From Eubacterium sp. (GTDB lineage: Bacteria; Bacillota; Clostridia; Peptostreptococcales; Anaerovoracaceae), in NCBI GenBank assembly GCA_050946615.1, contig JBMNVD010000003.1:4177-68176 (forward strand): a stretch of 64,000 bases of DNA. Reading direction: 5' to 3'. This document shows positions 46,511 through 57,115 of the stretch, one piece after another. Positions within the stretch are counted from its first letter, which is position 1. The number at the start of each line of letters is the position of its first letter. Both the position numbers and the translations under genes were made by a program. A model generated the notes under the pieces. That model searched no databases. It worked only from the letters and a program-made list of their open reading frames with translations, and was not told where the DNA came from.

Positions 46511-49500
46511 TCAGACTCTTTCTACGGTGATACCCGTGTCGTGGCCGTTGAGGTCGAATCTCTCTTCGCACTTCCCGTGTTCCACGGCATCGGCGAGGGT
46601 CTCTTTTTTGATATATTCTTCGTGTTCGGCGACCGCTGCCTTTACGGCTTCGTCCTCGTCGATCGTTATGACTATCCTGTCCATCATCTCGTAGTCGGCC
46701 TGTTTTCTCAACTGCTGGACTTTAGAGATGAGTTCGCGCGCGAGTCCTTCGTTGATGAGTTCCGGAGTGAGCGTCGTATCTAAGATAGCAAATACGTTGT
46801 TCTCCATCGCCACGGAGAATCCCTCTTTCGCGTTTATCCTGACGTCGACGAATTCCTTCGGTATATCGGTTTCCTCGCCGCCTAAGTTCATGACGACAGA
46901 ACCGTTCTTTTCGAGTTCGGAGTTCAGTTCGGCAGCATCCGCCTTTGCGAGAGCAGCCGAAAAATCTTTTATCTTCTTTCCGAGGACCGGACCTGCTGCC
47001 TTGAAATCAGGCTTCAGAGAGAAGTTCATGAACTTTCCCAGGTCATTTTCAAAGTCGACGTTCTTGACGTTGAGTTCGTCTTTTATCAGGTCGGAAAGGT
47101 CGCCGATGACGGGTTCGAATTTGCCGTCCACGACTATCTCGGTTAGAGGCTGTCTGACCTTGATGCGCTCTTTTTCGCGGAGCCCGCGGCCCAGCGTGGA
47201 GATGGTGCGCACGAGGTCCATGCGCTCTTCCTCTTTGTCGTCGATGAGATCGGTATTCGCCTCAGGGAAATATGCCGTGTGAACGGTATACTCGCCCGTG
47301 AGTTTGGTATATATCTCGTCTGAGATGAACGGCGCGAAAGGCGCTATCAACTTTGACACTCCGACCAAGATCTCATACGTCGTGGCATAGACGCTCTTTT
47401 TGTCGTCGCTCATGCCGGAAGCGTAGAATCTCCTGCGGGCGCGCCTGATGTACCAGTTTGAAAGGTCCTCGACCACAAAATCGGTTATGGCTTTGACGGT
47501 CTTCATGTGATCGTATGCGTCCATGTCGCTTCTGACCTCGACGATGAGCCTGTTGTATTTGCTCAGGATCCAGCGGTCCAGTTCAGGACGCGTTTCGTAC
47601 GGTACAGTAACATTCGCGGCATCGATGCCGTCCTCGTTCGAATACAGAACGAAGAAGTTATATACGTTCCTTAGCGTTCCGAAGAATTTGCTGACGACGT
47701 CTTTCAGACCGTCCTCGTCGAATTTCTTCGGCGTCCACGCAGGCGAAACGGAGAGCAGATACCATCTCGTGGCGTCGGCTCCGTACTGATCGAACAGATA
47801 GAACGGAGATACCGTATTGCCGCGCGATTTGCTCATCTTCTTGCCTTCTTTGTCGAGGATGAGGTCGTTCACGAGCACGTTCTTATATGGTGCGCGGCCG
47901 GCGATGAACGTTGATATCGCCATAAGCGAATAGAACCATCCCCTCGTCTGGTCGATGCCTTCGCAGATGAAGTCAGCCGGGAAGAGTTCGTCAAAGTCGT
48001 CCTTGTGCTCGAACGGATAGTGCCACTGTGCGAAAGGCATTGCGCCCGAATCGAACCAGCAGTCCATGACATCCGGGACTCTGGTCATGAGTTTGCCGCA
48101 CTTCGGGCATCTCAGATGCACTCTGTCGACGTACGGTCTGTGAAGTTCTATGCTCTCGTCGATAGGTTCGACGGATTTTTCCACAAGTTCCGCGCGGCTG
48201 CCGACGCACTCGAGATGTCCGCATTCACAGCGCCAGATAGGGATAGGCGTGCCCCAGTATCTTGAACGCGAGATAGCCCAGTCTTTGACGTCTGCGAGCC
48301 AGTTCCCGAATCTCTTTTCGCCGACATACGGCGGGTACCAGTTGACCGTGTTGTTGTTCGCGACGAGCTGATCCTTGAAATCGCTCATCTTTATGTACCA
48401 GCTCTGATGAGCGTAATACACCAGCGGAGTGCCGCAGCGCCAGCAGTGAGGATAGTTGTGGACCATTCTCTGCTTGGAAAGGATCTTCGTGTCGAGGTAT
48501 TTGATGATATCGACGTCCAGTCCCTCTTCAAAGATGAATCTGCCTTTCCAAGGAGTCGCCGTATAGCGTCCCTGGCTGTCGACAGGCTGGATCATCGGCA
48601 GGTGATATTTTACGCCGCACTGATAGTCGTCCTCGCCGAAAGCCGGAGCGGTGTGAACGATGCCGGTGCCGTCCTCGACGGAGACATAGTCCATGCAGGT
48701 GACAAAATACGCCTTTTCGCCTTCTTTCGGCGGGCAGAAAGGCATCACAGGCTCATACTCCATGTATTCCATGTCAGAGCCCTTCATCTCTTCAAAGATC
48801 TCGTAATTTCCTTCTCCGAGGACCGCGTCAGCGCGTTCCTTTGCTACATAGAATATGTTTCCCTTCTCATCGCCTTCGGTCATGCGGACTTTTACGTATT
48901 CGATGTCAGGTCCGACCGTCAAAACGGTATTTGCCGCCAGCGTCCACGCAGTCGTCGTCCAAGCGAGGAAATACTCGTTCTCGGTTCCCTTCTTCTTGAA
49001 TTTGACCGTGAGGGAGATGACTTTTATCTCTTTATATCCCTGAGCAACTTCGTGAGAGGCGAGACCGGTCCCGCAGCGAGGGCAGTAAGGAAGTATCTTA
49101 TGCCCTTCATAGATCTTTCCGGCGCCAAAGAACTTCTTCAGGATCCACCATCCCGACTCGATATAGTCGTTGTCGAGCGTGATATACGGGTGGTCGAGAT
49201 CAGCCAGATATCCCATCCTCTCTGACATCTCGCGCCATTTATCTGTATATTTGAAGACGGATTCGCGGCATTTCTTGTTGAATTCCTCGATGCCGTACTT
49301 TTCGATATCCTGTTTCCCGTTCATGTGGAGCTGTTTTTCGACTTCTATCTCCACAGGGAGTCCGTGCGTGTCCCAGCCGGCCTTGCGCTTTACCTGGTAG
49401 CCTTTCATCGTCCAGTATCTGTTGACCGAATCCTTAAGGGTCCTCGCCATCACGTGGTGGATGCCCGGCATTCCGTTGGCCGTAGGAGGACCTTCATAGA

Positions 49501-49624
49501 AAACGAACTGCGGCTTGCCCTCGCGGGCTTTGACGCATTTCTCGAGCAGGTCATCCTCTTTCCATTTCTTCACCTGAGCGTTCTGTACTTCCGCCACAGG
49601 CGCGTCCGATAGTTTTTCGAACAT
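46511..49624 (-). CDS. ileS: Isoleucine--tRNA ligase (long, type-2-like form)
   Basis: It has the class I motifs PPTANGMPGIHH and KMSKSRGN, the editing domain and a length of about 1037 aa. The start is trimmed to the ATG at 49622-49624 (MFEKLSD); the upstream extension enters the T-box leader. Confidence 0.95.
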   Translation of the reverse strand: MFEKLSDAPVAEVQNAQVKKWKEDDLLEKCVKAREGKPQFVFYEGPPTANGMPGIHHVMARTLKDSVNRYWTMKGYQVKRKAGWDTHGLPVEIEVEKQLHMNGKQDIEKYGIEEFNKKCRESVFKYTDKWREMSERMGYLADLDHPYITLDNDYIESGWWILKKFFGAGKIYEGHKILPYCPRCGTGLASHEVAQGYKEIKVISLTVKFKKKGTENEYFLAWTTTAWTLAANTVLTVGPDIEYVKVRMTEGDEKGNIFYVAKERADAVLGEGNYEIFEEMKGSDMEYMEYEPVMPFCPPKEGEKAYFVTCMDYVSVEDGTGIVHTAPAFGEDDYQCGVKYHLPMIQPVDSQGRYTATPWKGRFIFEEGLDVDIIKYLDTKILSKQRMVHNYPHCWRCGTPLVYYAHQSWYIKMSDFKDQLVANNNTVNWYPPYVGEKRFGNWLADVKDWAISRSRYWGTPIPIWRCECGHLECVGSRAELVEKSVEPIDESIELHRPYVDRVHLRCPKCGKLMTRVPDVMDCWFDSGAMPFAQWHYPFEHKDDFDELFPADFICEGIDQTRGWFYSLMAISTFIAGRAPYKNVLVNDLILDKEGKKMSKSRGNTVSPFYLFDQYGADATRWYLLSVSPAWTPKKFDEDGLKDVVSKFFGTLRNVYNFFVLYSNEDGIDAANVTVPYETRPELDRWILSKYNRLIVEVRSDMDAYDHMKTVKAITDFVVEDLSNWYIRRARRRFYASGMSDDKKSVYATTYEILVGVSKLIAPFAPFISDEIYTKLTGEYTVHTAYFPEANTDLIDDKEEERMDLVRTISTLGRGLREKERIKVRQPLTEIVVDGKFEPVIGDLSDLIKDELNVKNVDFENDLGKFMNFSLKPDFKAAGPVLGKKIKDFSAALAKADAAELNSELEKNGSVVMNLGGEETDIPKEFVDVRINAKEGFSVAMENNVFAILDTTLTPELINEGLARELISKVQQLRKQADYEMMDRIVITIDEDEAVKAAVAEHEEYIKKETLADAVEHGKCEERFDLNGHDTGITVERV

Positions 49625-49727
49625 ACCATTGTCCTTTCTGCCAAAACGCAAACTCTGCGCATGCGCTGCTTGATCCGCCGCTTCTGCCCATGCCATGTTA
49701 CGGCAAAGATCGCGGCGCCCGGCTCAG

Positions 49728-49905
49728 GAAAATAAAAATCCCTGACCGGGATATTTCACCGATTAGGGACGATCATTCAAACCGCGGTACCACCCTAATT
49801 GCATACCTCTGACAAGGCGCCTCTCATTAAAGTGCGAGACTCGGAAGTGATATTCGCCAACACGGTTTCACCGCGCGCCTCTCATCATCCGGCGCACTCT
49901 CTGTA
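49728..49905 (-). ncRNA. T-box leader (Ile specifier) upstream of ileS
   Basis: The minus strand carries the conserved T-box sequence AATTAGGGTGGTACCGCGG (49782-49800). A terminator (CCCTAATCGG/CCGGTCAGGG) plus U-run follows at 49730-49768. There is a stem-I AGAGA motif and a candidate specifier GAATATCAC with the AUC codon at 49849-49851. Confidence 0.85.
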
Positions 49906-50036
49906 AGGGTATTAGACCGCTGCTACTTTGTCTTCGTCACAGTCTCAATATGGCCGGCAAGGCTTTGATAAAAAAGCCCTGTCGGAATTTAACATGTGTT
50001 AGTTTAGCACCGCTCAAGCGGTTTTTCAATAGTCAA

Positions 50037-52136
50037 TTACGCTCTCAGCAGGTTGATCCTGTGCTGGCTGTCGATCTCTTTGACCTTGACCTTTACTTTG
50101 TCGCCGATGTTCATGACATCTTCGACCTTTTCGATCCTGTGATCGGCCATCTTCGAGATGTGGAGCAGGCCTTCTTTGCCCGGCAGTATCTCGATGAAAG
50201 CGCCGAACGGCATGATCCTCGTGACCGTGCCCTCGTATACTTCGCCGACCTCGACTTCCTTAGTGAGAAGTTCGATCTCGTGCTTTGCCGCTTCCGCGCT
50301 CGCAAGATCTGCGCTGTAGATGTTTATCAGTCCGGAGTTGTCCTCGGCGATATCGATCTTTACGCCCGTCTCGTCGACTATCCTGTTGATGGTCTTTCCT
50401 CCCGGTCCGATGACTATTCTTATCTTATCAGGGTCGATGTTCATCGTGATGCTGCGAGGAGCGTATTTGCTGAGTTCTTTGCGAGGCTCAGCTATCTCTT
50501 CGAGCATGATGCCCATGATATACATCCTGCCCTCTTTCGCCTGTTTCAAAGCGCTTGCGAGGATGTCGCGAGTCAGGCCGTGGACTTTGATGTCCATCTG
50601 CATTGCGGTGACGCCCGTGTCGGTTCCCGTTACCTTAAAGTCCATGTCTCCGAGGAAGTCTTCCATTCCCTGGATATCGGACAGGATAGCGTATTTGCTC
50701 GTTCCGTCCTCCTGGACGCCTTCGATGAGGCCCATGGCTATTCCGGCTACAGGTTTTCTGATAGGAACTCCCGCGTCCATCAAAGCCAGACACGAAGCGC
50801 AGGTCGAAGCCATCGAAGAAGAACCGTTCGACGAAAGGACTTCAGACACGACTCTGATTGCATAAGGGAATTCTTCTACAGGAGGGATTACAGGGAGCAG
50901 CGCCCTCTCTGCGAGTGCGCCGTGACCGATCTCTCTTCTGCCCGGACTTCTCGGCGCTTTTGCTTCGCCAGTGCAGTAGCCCGGGAAGTTGTAATGATGC
51001 ATATATCTCTTCTCGGTCTGCTCAGTGATCCCGTCGATAGTCTGCGATTCGCTCACCGGAGCGAGCGTGCAGGCCGAAAGCACCTGGGTCTGTCCTCTCT
51101 TGAACAGCCCTGTTCCGTGGACTCTCGGGAGCACACCGGTCTCGCACCATACAGGTCTTATCTCATTCAGTTTTCTGTTGTCAGGTCTGACTCCTTCATT
51201 CAGAATCATAGATCTGACGTTCTCTTTAGTGATATTGTAGAGAACTGCCGCTATGTCGCTCTCGTGTTCCGGATATATCTCCGCGAAGTGTTCCTTCGTC
51301 TCGACTTCGACGGCATCCATGTTATCGAGCCTCTCCTGCTTGTCAGGAGTATGGATGGCTTCATACATTTTAGACGTCGCGTATTCTCTGACAGCCGCGT
51401 CGATGTCGTCAGGCACTTTGTAACTGTCGTCCTCTGCTTTCGGTTTTCCGACTTCAGCGACGACTTCATCTATGAATTCGACTATCTTTTTGATCTCTTC
51501 GTGTCCGAAGAAAATGGCGTCGAGCATGACGTCCTCAGGGACTTCCTTTGCGCCCGCTTCGACCATCATTATCGCTTCTTTTGTGCCGGCGACAGTAAGA
51601 TTAATATCGGAAACCTCTCTCTGAGCAAGCGTAGGATTGATGACAAAGCGTCCGTCGACGCGTCCTACCCTGACCGAGCCCGTAGGGCCGTCCCAAGGAA
51701 TATCGGAAATTGCCAAAGCGACCGAAGAACCTATCATTGCCATGATATCTGTTTCACAGTCTAAATCTACCGACATTACGGTCGCGACTACGACGACATC
51801 GTGATAGTAGCCTTTGTGGAAGAGCGGACGGAGCGGTCTGTCCATGAGTCTGGAACTCAGGATAGCCTTCTCGCTCGGACGTCCCTCTCTTTTGATAAAT
51901 CCTCCCGGAATCTTTCCGAAAGCGTACATTTTCTCTTCGTATTCGCACTGGAGCGGGAGAAAATCCGCATCCGGGCGCGGTTCTTTAGACGCGCAGACCG
52001 TTACGTTGACTACCGAGTCACCGTATCTTACCATGACCTGGCCGTTTGCCTGCTCGCAGACTTTGCCGATCTCGAGCTGCAGCAGTCTTCCGCCGATCGC
52101 CGTCTTGAATGTTCTGTAATCAGTGAATCTTGCCAT
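50037..52136 (-). CDS. pnp: Polyribonucleotide nucleotidyltransferase (PNPase)
   Basis: The 699-aa protein has two RNase PH domains and KH and S1 domains (GEVYEGTVTRIMPFGAFIEILPGKEGLLHIS). It lies downstream of rpsO. Confidence 0.95.
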   Translation of the reverse strand: MARFTDYRTFKTAIGGRLLQLEIGKVCEQANGQVMVRYGDSVVNVTVCASKEPRPDADFLPLQCEYEEKMYAFGKIPGGFIKREGRPSEKAILSSRLMDRPLRPLFHKGYYHDVVVVATVMSVDLDCETDIMAMIGSSVALAISDIPWDGPTGSVRVGRVDGRFVINPTLAQREVSDINLTVAGTKEAIMMVEAGAKEVPEDVMLDAIFFGHEEIKKIVEFIDEVVAEVGKPKAEDDSYKVPDDIDAAVREYATSKMYEAIHTPDKQERLDNMDAVEVETKEHFAEIYPEHESDIAAVLYNITKENVRSMILNEGVRPDNRKLNEIRPVWCETGVLPRVHGTGLFKRGQTQVLSACTLAPVSESQTIDGITEQTEKRYMHHYNFPGYCTGEAKAPRSPGRREIGHGALAERALLPVIPPVEEFPYAIRVVSEVLSSNGSSSMASTCASCLALMDAGVPIRKPVAGIAMGLIEGVQEDGTSKYAILSDIQGMEDFLGDMDFKVTGTDTGVTAMQMDIKVHGLTRDILASALKQAKEGRMYIMGIMLEEIAEPRKELSKYAPRSITMNIDPDKIRIVIGPGGKTINRIVDETGVKIDIAEDNSGLINIYSADLASAEAAKHEIELLTKEVEVGEVYEGTVTRIMPFGAFIEILPGKEGLLHISKMADHRIEKVEDVMNIGDKVKVKVKEIDSQHRINLLRA

Positions 52137-52223
52137 TTACTTGTAAACAACTCCTTCCTGTTTGCAATATATATATTTCCCTTTAATAGATGACACGATC
52201 AGGTGGCGCATTCCTGTTTTTCT

Positions 52224-52252
52224 TAAAAAAAGCGGGACTGTTTTGTCCCGCT
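52224..52252 (-). terminator. Hairpin/terminator between rpsO and pnp
   Basis: The minus strand reads AGCGGGAC-AAAACA-GTCCCGCT followed by TTTTTTT. It sits in the classic rpsO-pnp intergenic position. Confidence 0.7.
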
Positions 52253-52271
52253 GAAAAACCAGTATACGCTT

Positions 52272-52538
52272 TTATTTTCTCAAACCAAGACGACTGACAA
52301 TGCTTCTGTATCTCTCGATATCTACCTTCTTGAGGTAGTTGAGGAGATTCCTTCTCTTGCCGACCATCTTAAGAAGTCCTCTGCGAGAGTGGAAATCTTT
52401 CTGGTGGGTTTCAAGGTGCTTGTTGAGGTCGTTGATTCTCGCTGTGAGCAGCGCGATCTGAACTTCAGGCGAACCTGTGTCGTTCTCGCAGGTCGCGTAC
52501 TCGCTCATGATCTGAGCTTTCTGTTCTTTCGTTACCAT
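52272..52538 (-). CDS. rpsO: 30S ribosomal protein S15
   Basis: The 88-aa protein has [21 protein letters not shown]...[14 protein letters not shown]. Confidence 0.95.
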   Translation of the reverse strand: MVTKEQKAQIMSEYATCENDTGSPEVQIALLTARINDLNKHLETHQKDFHSRRGLLKMVGKRRNLLNYLKKVDIERYRSIVSRLGLRK

Positions 52539-52624
52539 TTGTATTTTCTCCTTTTCTGTCTATGCGCTCCCACCGGGTGTCCGCCGGAGTGTCGGTGCAC
52601 TAAGTGGAAGTAATGAACTATGAC

Positions 52625-52653
52625 AATATATCACAAATAGCCTTTCGGCGCAA
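52625..52653 (-). promoter_or_regulatory. Candidate sigma-A promoter for rpsO
   Basis: The minus strand reads TTGCGC-N17-TATATT with an extended -10 TG (TGATATATT), about 85 nt upstream of the rpsO start. Confidence 0.45.
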
Positions 52654-52740
52654 TCTTTTTTGCAAAAACCGAGAAAAAAATGCGTGAAATTGCGTGAAAT
52701 GTTGAAACCGCGTCCGCAGAGCCGTAATAATGAGGATGCG

Positions 52741-53397
52741 CTACTTGTAATATCTGAAGACTCCCCTGACTTTGCCGAGTATCTTTACATTATTCACGAT
52801 AATCGGGCTCATAGTGTCGTTTTCAGGCTGTAGCCTTATGTGGCCTTTCTCGCGGTAAAATCTCTTTACCGTCGCCTCTCCCTCAAAACCGTCTACCATG
52901 GCGACTACGATGTCGCCGTTCTCCGCGTCTGAGCACTGGCGGACCAATATCATATCGCCGTCCATGATGCCGACGTTTATCATCGATTCACCGCGGACTT
53001 TGAGGATATAATTGTTTCCGTCCACATATCTGGCCGGTACAGGTATCTCGTCTTCTATGTTCTCGATAGCCGTTATAGGCGTTCCGGCGGCGACGCTGCC
53101 GACGAGCGGAACGGAAATTATCTCTTCTCTTTCAAGCGAGACGTTGCTGAATTCTTTTTCGGCCGCAGGTTCATTATCTACTACTACGAGTGCTCTCGGC
53201 TTTGCCGGATCCTTCCTGAGAAGTCCGCGGGCTACAAGCGCTTCGATGTCCTTATGGACAGTAGATGTCGATTTGATGCCCAGCGCCGCTCCGATCTCTC
53301 TGACCGTCGGCGCATAGCCCTGTCTGCGCACTTCGTCTCTCATGAATTCGAGGATCCTGTCCTGGCGAGCCCTCACTTTTTCCTTCGCAGATGCCAT
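52741..53397 (-). CDS. lexA: Transcriptional repressor LexA
   Basis: It has the wHTH APTVREIGAALGIKSTSTVHKDIEAL, the cleavage site VAAG and the S24 peptidase motifs VRGESM and ATVKRF. The start is trimmed to the ATG at 53395-53397 (MASAKEK); the longer ORF overlaps pyrR. Confidence 0.9.
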   Translation of the reverse strand: MASAKEKVRARQDRILEFMRDEVRRQGYAPTVREIGAALGIKSTSTVHKDIEALVARGLLRKDPAKPRALVVVDNEPAAEKEFSNVSLEREEIISVPLVGSVAAGTPITAIENIEDEIPVPARYVDGNNYILKVRGESMINVGIMDGDMILVRQCSDAENGDIVVAMVDGFEGEATVKRFYREKGHIRLQPENDTMSPIIVNNVKILGKVRGVFRYYK

Positions 53398-53462
53398 TTT
53401 GGTCTCCTTTGCCCCGCAAAACGTTATTATCTGATAGGAGTATACTATAAAACGAACAAAAA

Positions 53463-53477
53463 GTAAACAAGAGTTCT
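53463..53477. promoter_or_regulatory. Candidate LexA (SOS/Cheo-type) box upstream of lexA
   Basis: The minus strand reads AGAACTCTTGTTTAC, i.e. GAAC-N4-GTTT (consensus GAAC-N4-GTTC). It overlaps a possible TTTACT-N17-TATACT promoter. Confidence 0.4.
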
Positions 53478-54037
53478 TATTTATTATCGTAGATATTGAC
53501 AGCCACCGGAAGACCGTTTTGTTCCGAATACTCCACTTTGATAGTCTCGCTGTGGGACGTAGGTATGTTTTTGCCGACAAAATCAGCCCTTATCGGCAGT
53601 TCGCGATGTCCCCTGTCTATCAGTACCGCAAGTTGTATGGAAGCGGCGCGGCCGTATTCCGAAAGCTCATCAAAAGCGGCTTTCACGGTCCGTCCGGTGT
53701 AGAGTACGTCGTCTACCAAAACGATGTACTTGCCGTTTATATCGCAAGGGATAAATGTCGGGTTCTCGCTGCGGCGCGACACTTCGTCCGGATCGAGCGT
53801 TTTCAGGTCGATGTCGTCCCTGTAATTGCTGACGTTTAATACTCCCGAAAAGACATCGGTGTTTTCGATCGTTGAAAGGTAGTCGGCGAGCAGCTTGGAT
53901 ATCGCGATACCTCCGTTTGCTATGCCCAGGATGACGACGTTCTCCACCCCGCCGTTCCTTTCTGTTATCTGATGCGCAATTCTCTTGAGCGCGCGGCTTA
54001 TCTCCTCCGCGTTAAGCAGTTCGGATTTGAATTTCAT
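53477..54037 (-). CDS. pyrR: Bifunctional pyrimidine operon regulator / uracil phosphoribosyltransferase PyrR
   Basis: The N-terminus is LLNAEEISRALKRIAHQI and the PRPP motif is IVLVDDVLYTGRT. Length is 186 aa. Confidence 0.9.
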   Translation of the reverse strand: MKFKSELLNAEEISRALKRIAHQITERNGGVENVVILGIANGGIAISKLLADYLSTIENTDVFSGVLNVSNYRDDIDLKTLDPDEVSRRSENPTFIPCDINGKYIVLVDDVLYTGRTVKAAFDELSEYGRAASIQLAVLIDRGHRELPIRADFVGKNIPTSHSETIKVEYSEQNGLPVAVNIYDNK

Positions 54038-54214
54038 CGTTCCCTCTCCAATCGAAAAACCGGTGTGTCAGTATGCCAACATTATGCCACATTTAACATT
54101 TTGTTGCACAAAAATCAGCGCGGCGTATATAATGATGGCAGTATTGTAATTCTAAAGCTCGGGCGGCGCGGAATGCCGCTGCTCGGAGCCCGAAGATCGA
54201 TAAAGGGGGAAAAT

Positions 54215-55603
54215 ATGGACGAGTCCTATGTAAAATCTCTTTCCGTCAGTCTCCCGCCTGAGCTCGAAGAACTCAAATACGCGGGATATTTCGACGAATT
54301 CATCGAGAGAGCGAAGTATCATCTGAATCGCGAAGACCTTCCCGAGATGGTAAAAAACAGGATCATTCTCGAGATACATAACCAGAGCATTATCAAGCGT
54401 GAATACACGATGACCGAAAAACAGGTGTTTGACGGCGTCGCCAAATACCTTCCGGGGTTCACCGAAGATGATTTCGCCAAACTGTCCGGCGATGTCGACT
54501 ACGTTTTCATCAACGGCAGAAAAAGATATGCGAACTTCAGCGTGTCATCTCTGTTCATCACGAGCAGAATGCTGCGCGAGTGGCCGGGCTCCACATATCC
54601 TAAGGACACAAGCCATACCGTCGCCGACGCCCGCAGACTCATGAAAAAGAACGGAAAAGCAACGGTATCTCACGACTTGGAGTTCACGTGCCGCGTATCA
54701 AAGAAAGCCGCCGAGGGCTGCACGCTCTGCGTCCATCTGCCATATCCGAACCCTGAGTGCGACGGTATAAAGAACATCGAATTCGTATCCTCCACCGGCA
54801 AATGCAAGATCGCACCGGTCGGAACGCTCCAGCGCACGGCATTCTTTGAAGTCAGCGGCGACAAACAGCGCGAGTTCTCAGTCAGAGTCAAAGCCGACTG
54901 CGAAGAGACGTACATGAGTTACAGCGATATGCTGAAAGCGCAGGCCGCGACGACCCCCGCAATAGAAAAGAAACTGAGAAAAGCCGTCAGACCTTCAGAT
55001 CTCGCGGAAAAAGCCCCTCACCTCGTCTTTACTCCGTTTATCAGATCACTTTCGGCAAAGATAGTCGGCGGCGAAAAGAACAAAACAAAGATCGCGAAGC
55101 GAATCTACACGTACCTTACGCACGAGTATTCATACGCATACGTCCGCGACTACGCGGCGATAGACAACATCGGTGAGTATTTCGGCATCCGAGGCCGCGG
55201 CGACTGCGGTCTTCAGGCGGCTCTGTTCATCACTCTCTGCAGGTATAACGGCATCCCGGCCAGATGGGAATCCGGCATCTGCACCGACGGAAACAAGGGC
55301 GGCTGCCACGACTGGTGCCTTATCTATCTCGAAGGCGTCGGCTTCAGACCTGTCGACGTGTCATTCGGCGGAGGCGCTGTCCGCAGGAACAGCAAAGCGG
55401 ACAACGATTTCTATTTCGGGAACATCGACCCGTACCGCATGAAATTCAACACGGATTTCCAAGAGCCGTTCAAACCGGCAAAGCACGAGTTCAGAGTCGA
55501 CCCGTACGACAACCAGCTCGGTGAAGCCGAAACACAGAGCGACATGCTCACCCGCAAAGAAGCGCGCTTTGAAGTCATCATCCACGGCAAAACGATAAAA
55601 TAG
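54215..55603 (+). CDS. Transglutaminase-like superfamily protein
   Basis: The Cys-His-Asp core is GRGDCGLQAALFITLCRYNGIPARW ... CHDW ... PVDVS. The start is taken at the ATG at 54215, preceded by AAAGGGGGA; the upstream part of the track ORF overlaps pyrR. Confidence 0.75.
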   Translation: MDESYVKSLSVSLPPELEELKYAGYFDEFIERAKYHLNREDLPEMVKNRIILEIHNQSIIKREYTMTEKQVFDGVAKYLPGFTEDDFAKLSGDVDYVFINGRKRYANFSVSSLFITSRMLREWPGSTYPKDTSHTVADARRLMKKNGKATVSHDLEFTCRVSKKAAEGCTLCVHLPYPNPECDGIKNIEFVSSTGKCKIAPVGTLQRTAFFEVSGDKQREFSVRVKADCEETYMSYSDMLKAQAATTPAIEKKLRKAVRPSDLAEKAPHLVFTPFIRSLSAKIVGGEKNKTKIAKRIYTYLTHEYSYAYVRDYAAIDNIGEYFGIRGRGDCGLQAALFITLCRYNGIPARWESGICTDGNKGGCHDWCLIYLEGVGFRPVDVSFGGGAVRRNSKADNDFYFGNIDPYRMKFNTDFQEPFKPAKHEFRVDPYDNQLGEAETQSDMLTRKEARFEVIIHGKTIK

Positions 55604-55644
55604 CAAAAAAACATCCACGCGTCCAACGCGGGGTTTTCTGATTA

Positions 55645-55681
55645 CAAAAAACTTCCGTGGAGTCTCCCGGAAGTTTTTTTG
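55645..55681. terminator. Bidirectional terminator between the convergent transglutaminase-like and malic enzyme genes
   Basis: The sequence is AAAAAA-CTTCCG...CGGAAG-TTTTTTT. Confidence 0.7.
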
Positions 55682-55718
55682 TTCTCAGTTATTATACGGC
55701 AATACGGTCCGTCGTCGT

Positions 55719-56876
<1,158 letters not shown>

Positions 56877-57115
56877 GGATCCCCTCCGAGTTTTTGCAAT
56901 TATATTAAACAAAAAAGCCGCCTGCCCGATCGCGGAGAGCGGCCGGAGCCTGCGGCATTGAGTGCGACTATCGCAGCGCCCGCATGGAGCGGGCGGCCGC
57001 AATAGTCATTTTATAATGGAGAGGAAACTTTTACAACCTTTTTTACAGGCTTTTATCAGCCTGCCTGACTTGATGGATTCCTATCACCCTCGGAGAGCAT
57101 CTTAAACTGAACGGA

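Noticed and set aside
49936-50036. A hairpin ACCGCT-CA-AGCGGT with a T-run on the plus strand, just after the pnp stop
   Set aside because: The loop is too small for a stable terminator, and the T-run is on the wrong strand for pnp. I could not define a convincing pnp terminator or T-box promoter here.
49950-51764. A 604-aa plus-strand ORF, the longest plus-strand ORF in the track
   Set aside because: It is exactly codon-aligned antisense to pnp (50037 minus 49950 is a multiple of 3). In that frame, stops arise only from sense TTA/CTA/TCA codons, which this genome avoids. The product is Arg/Ser/Asp-rich with no motif, whereas the minus-strand PNPase is unambiguous.
53398-53580. An extended LexA ORF overlapping the pyrR 3' end, and likewise the extended transglutaminase ORF (53972-54214) and malic enzyme ORF (56877-57002)
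   Set aside because: The extensions have junk-like sequence, overlap neighbouring genes or regulatory hairpins, and lie upstream of internal ATGs. Those ATGs have RBSs and give canonical protein N-termini.
54038-54130. A PyrR-binding attenuator upstream of pyrR
   Set aside because: Only a loose resemblance (UUGGAGAGGGAA) to the PyrR-binding loop consensus was found, and it coincides with the RBS. No terminator/antiterminator pair is evident.
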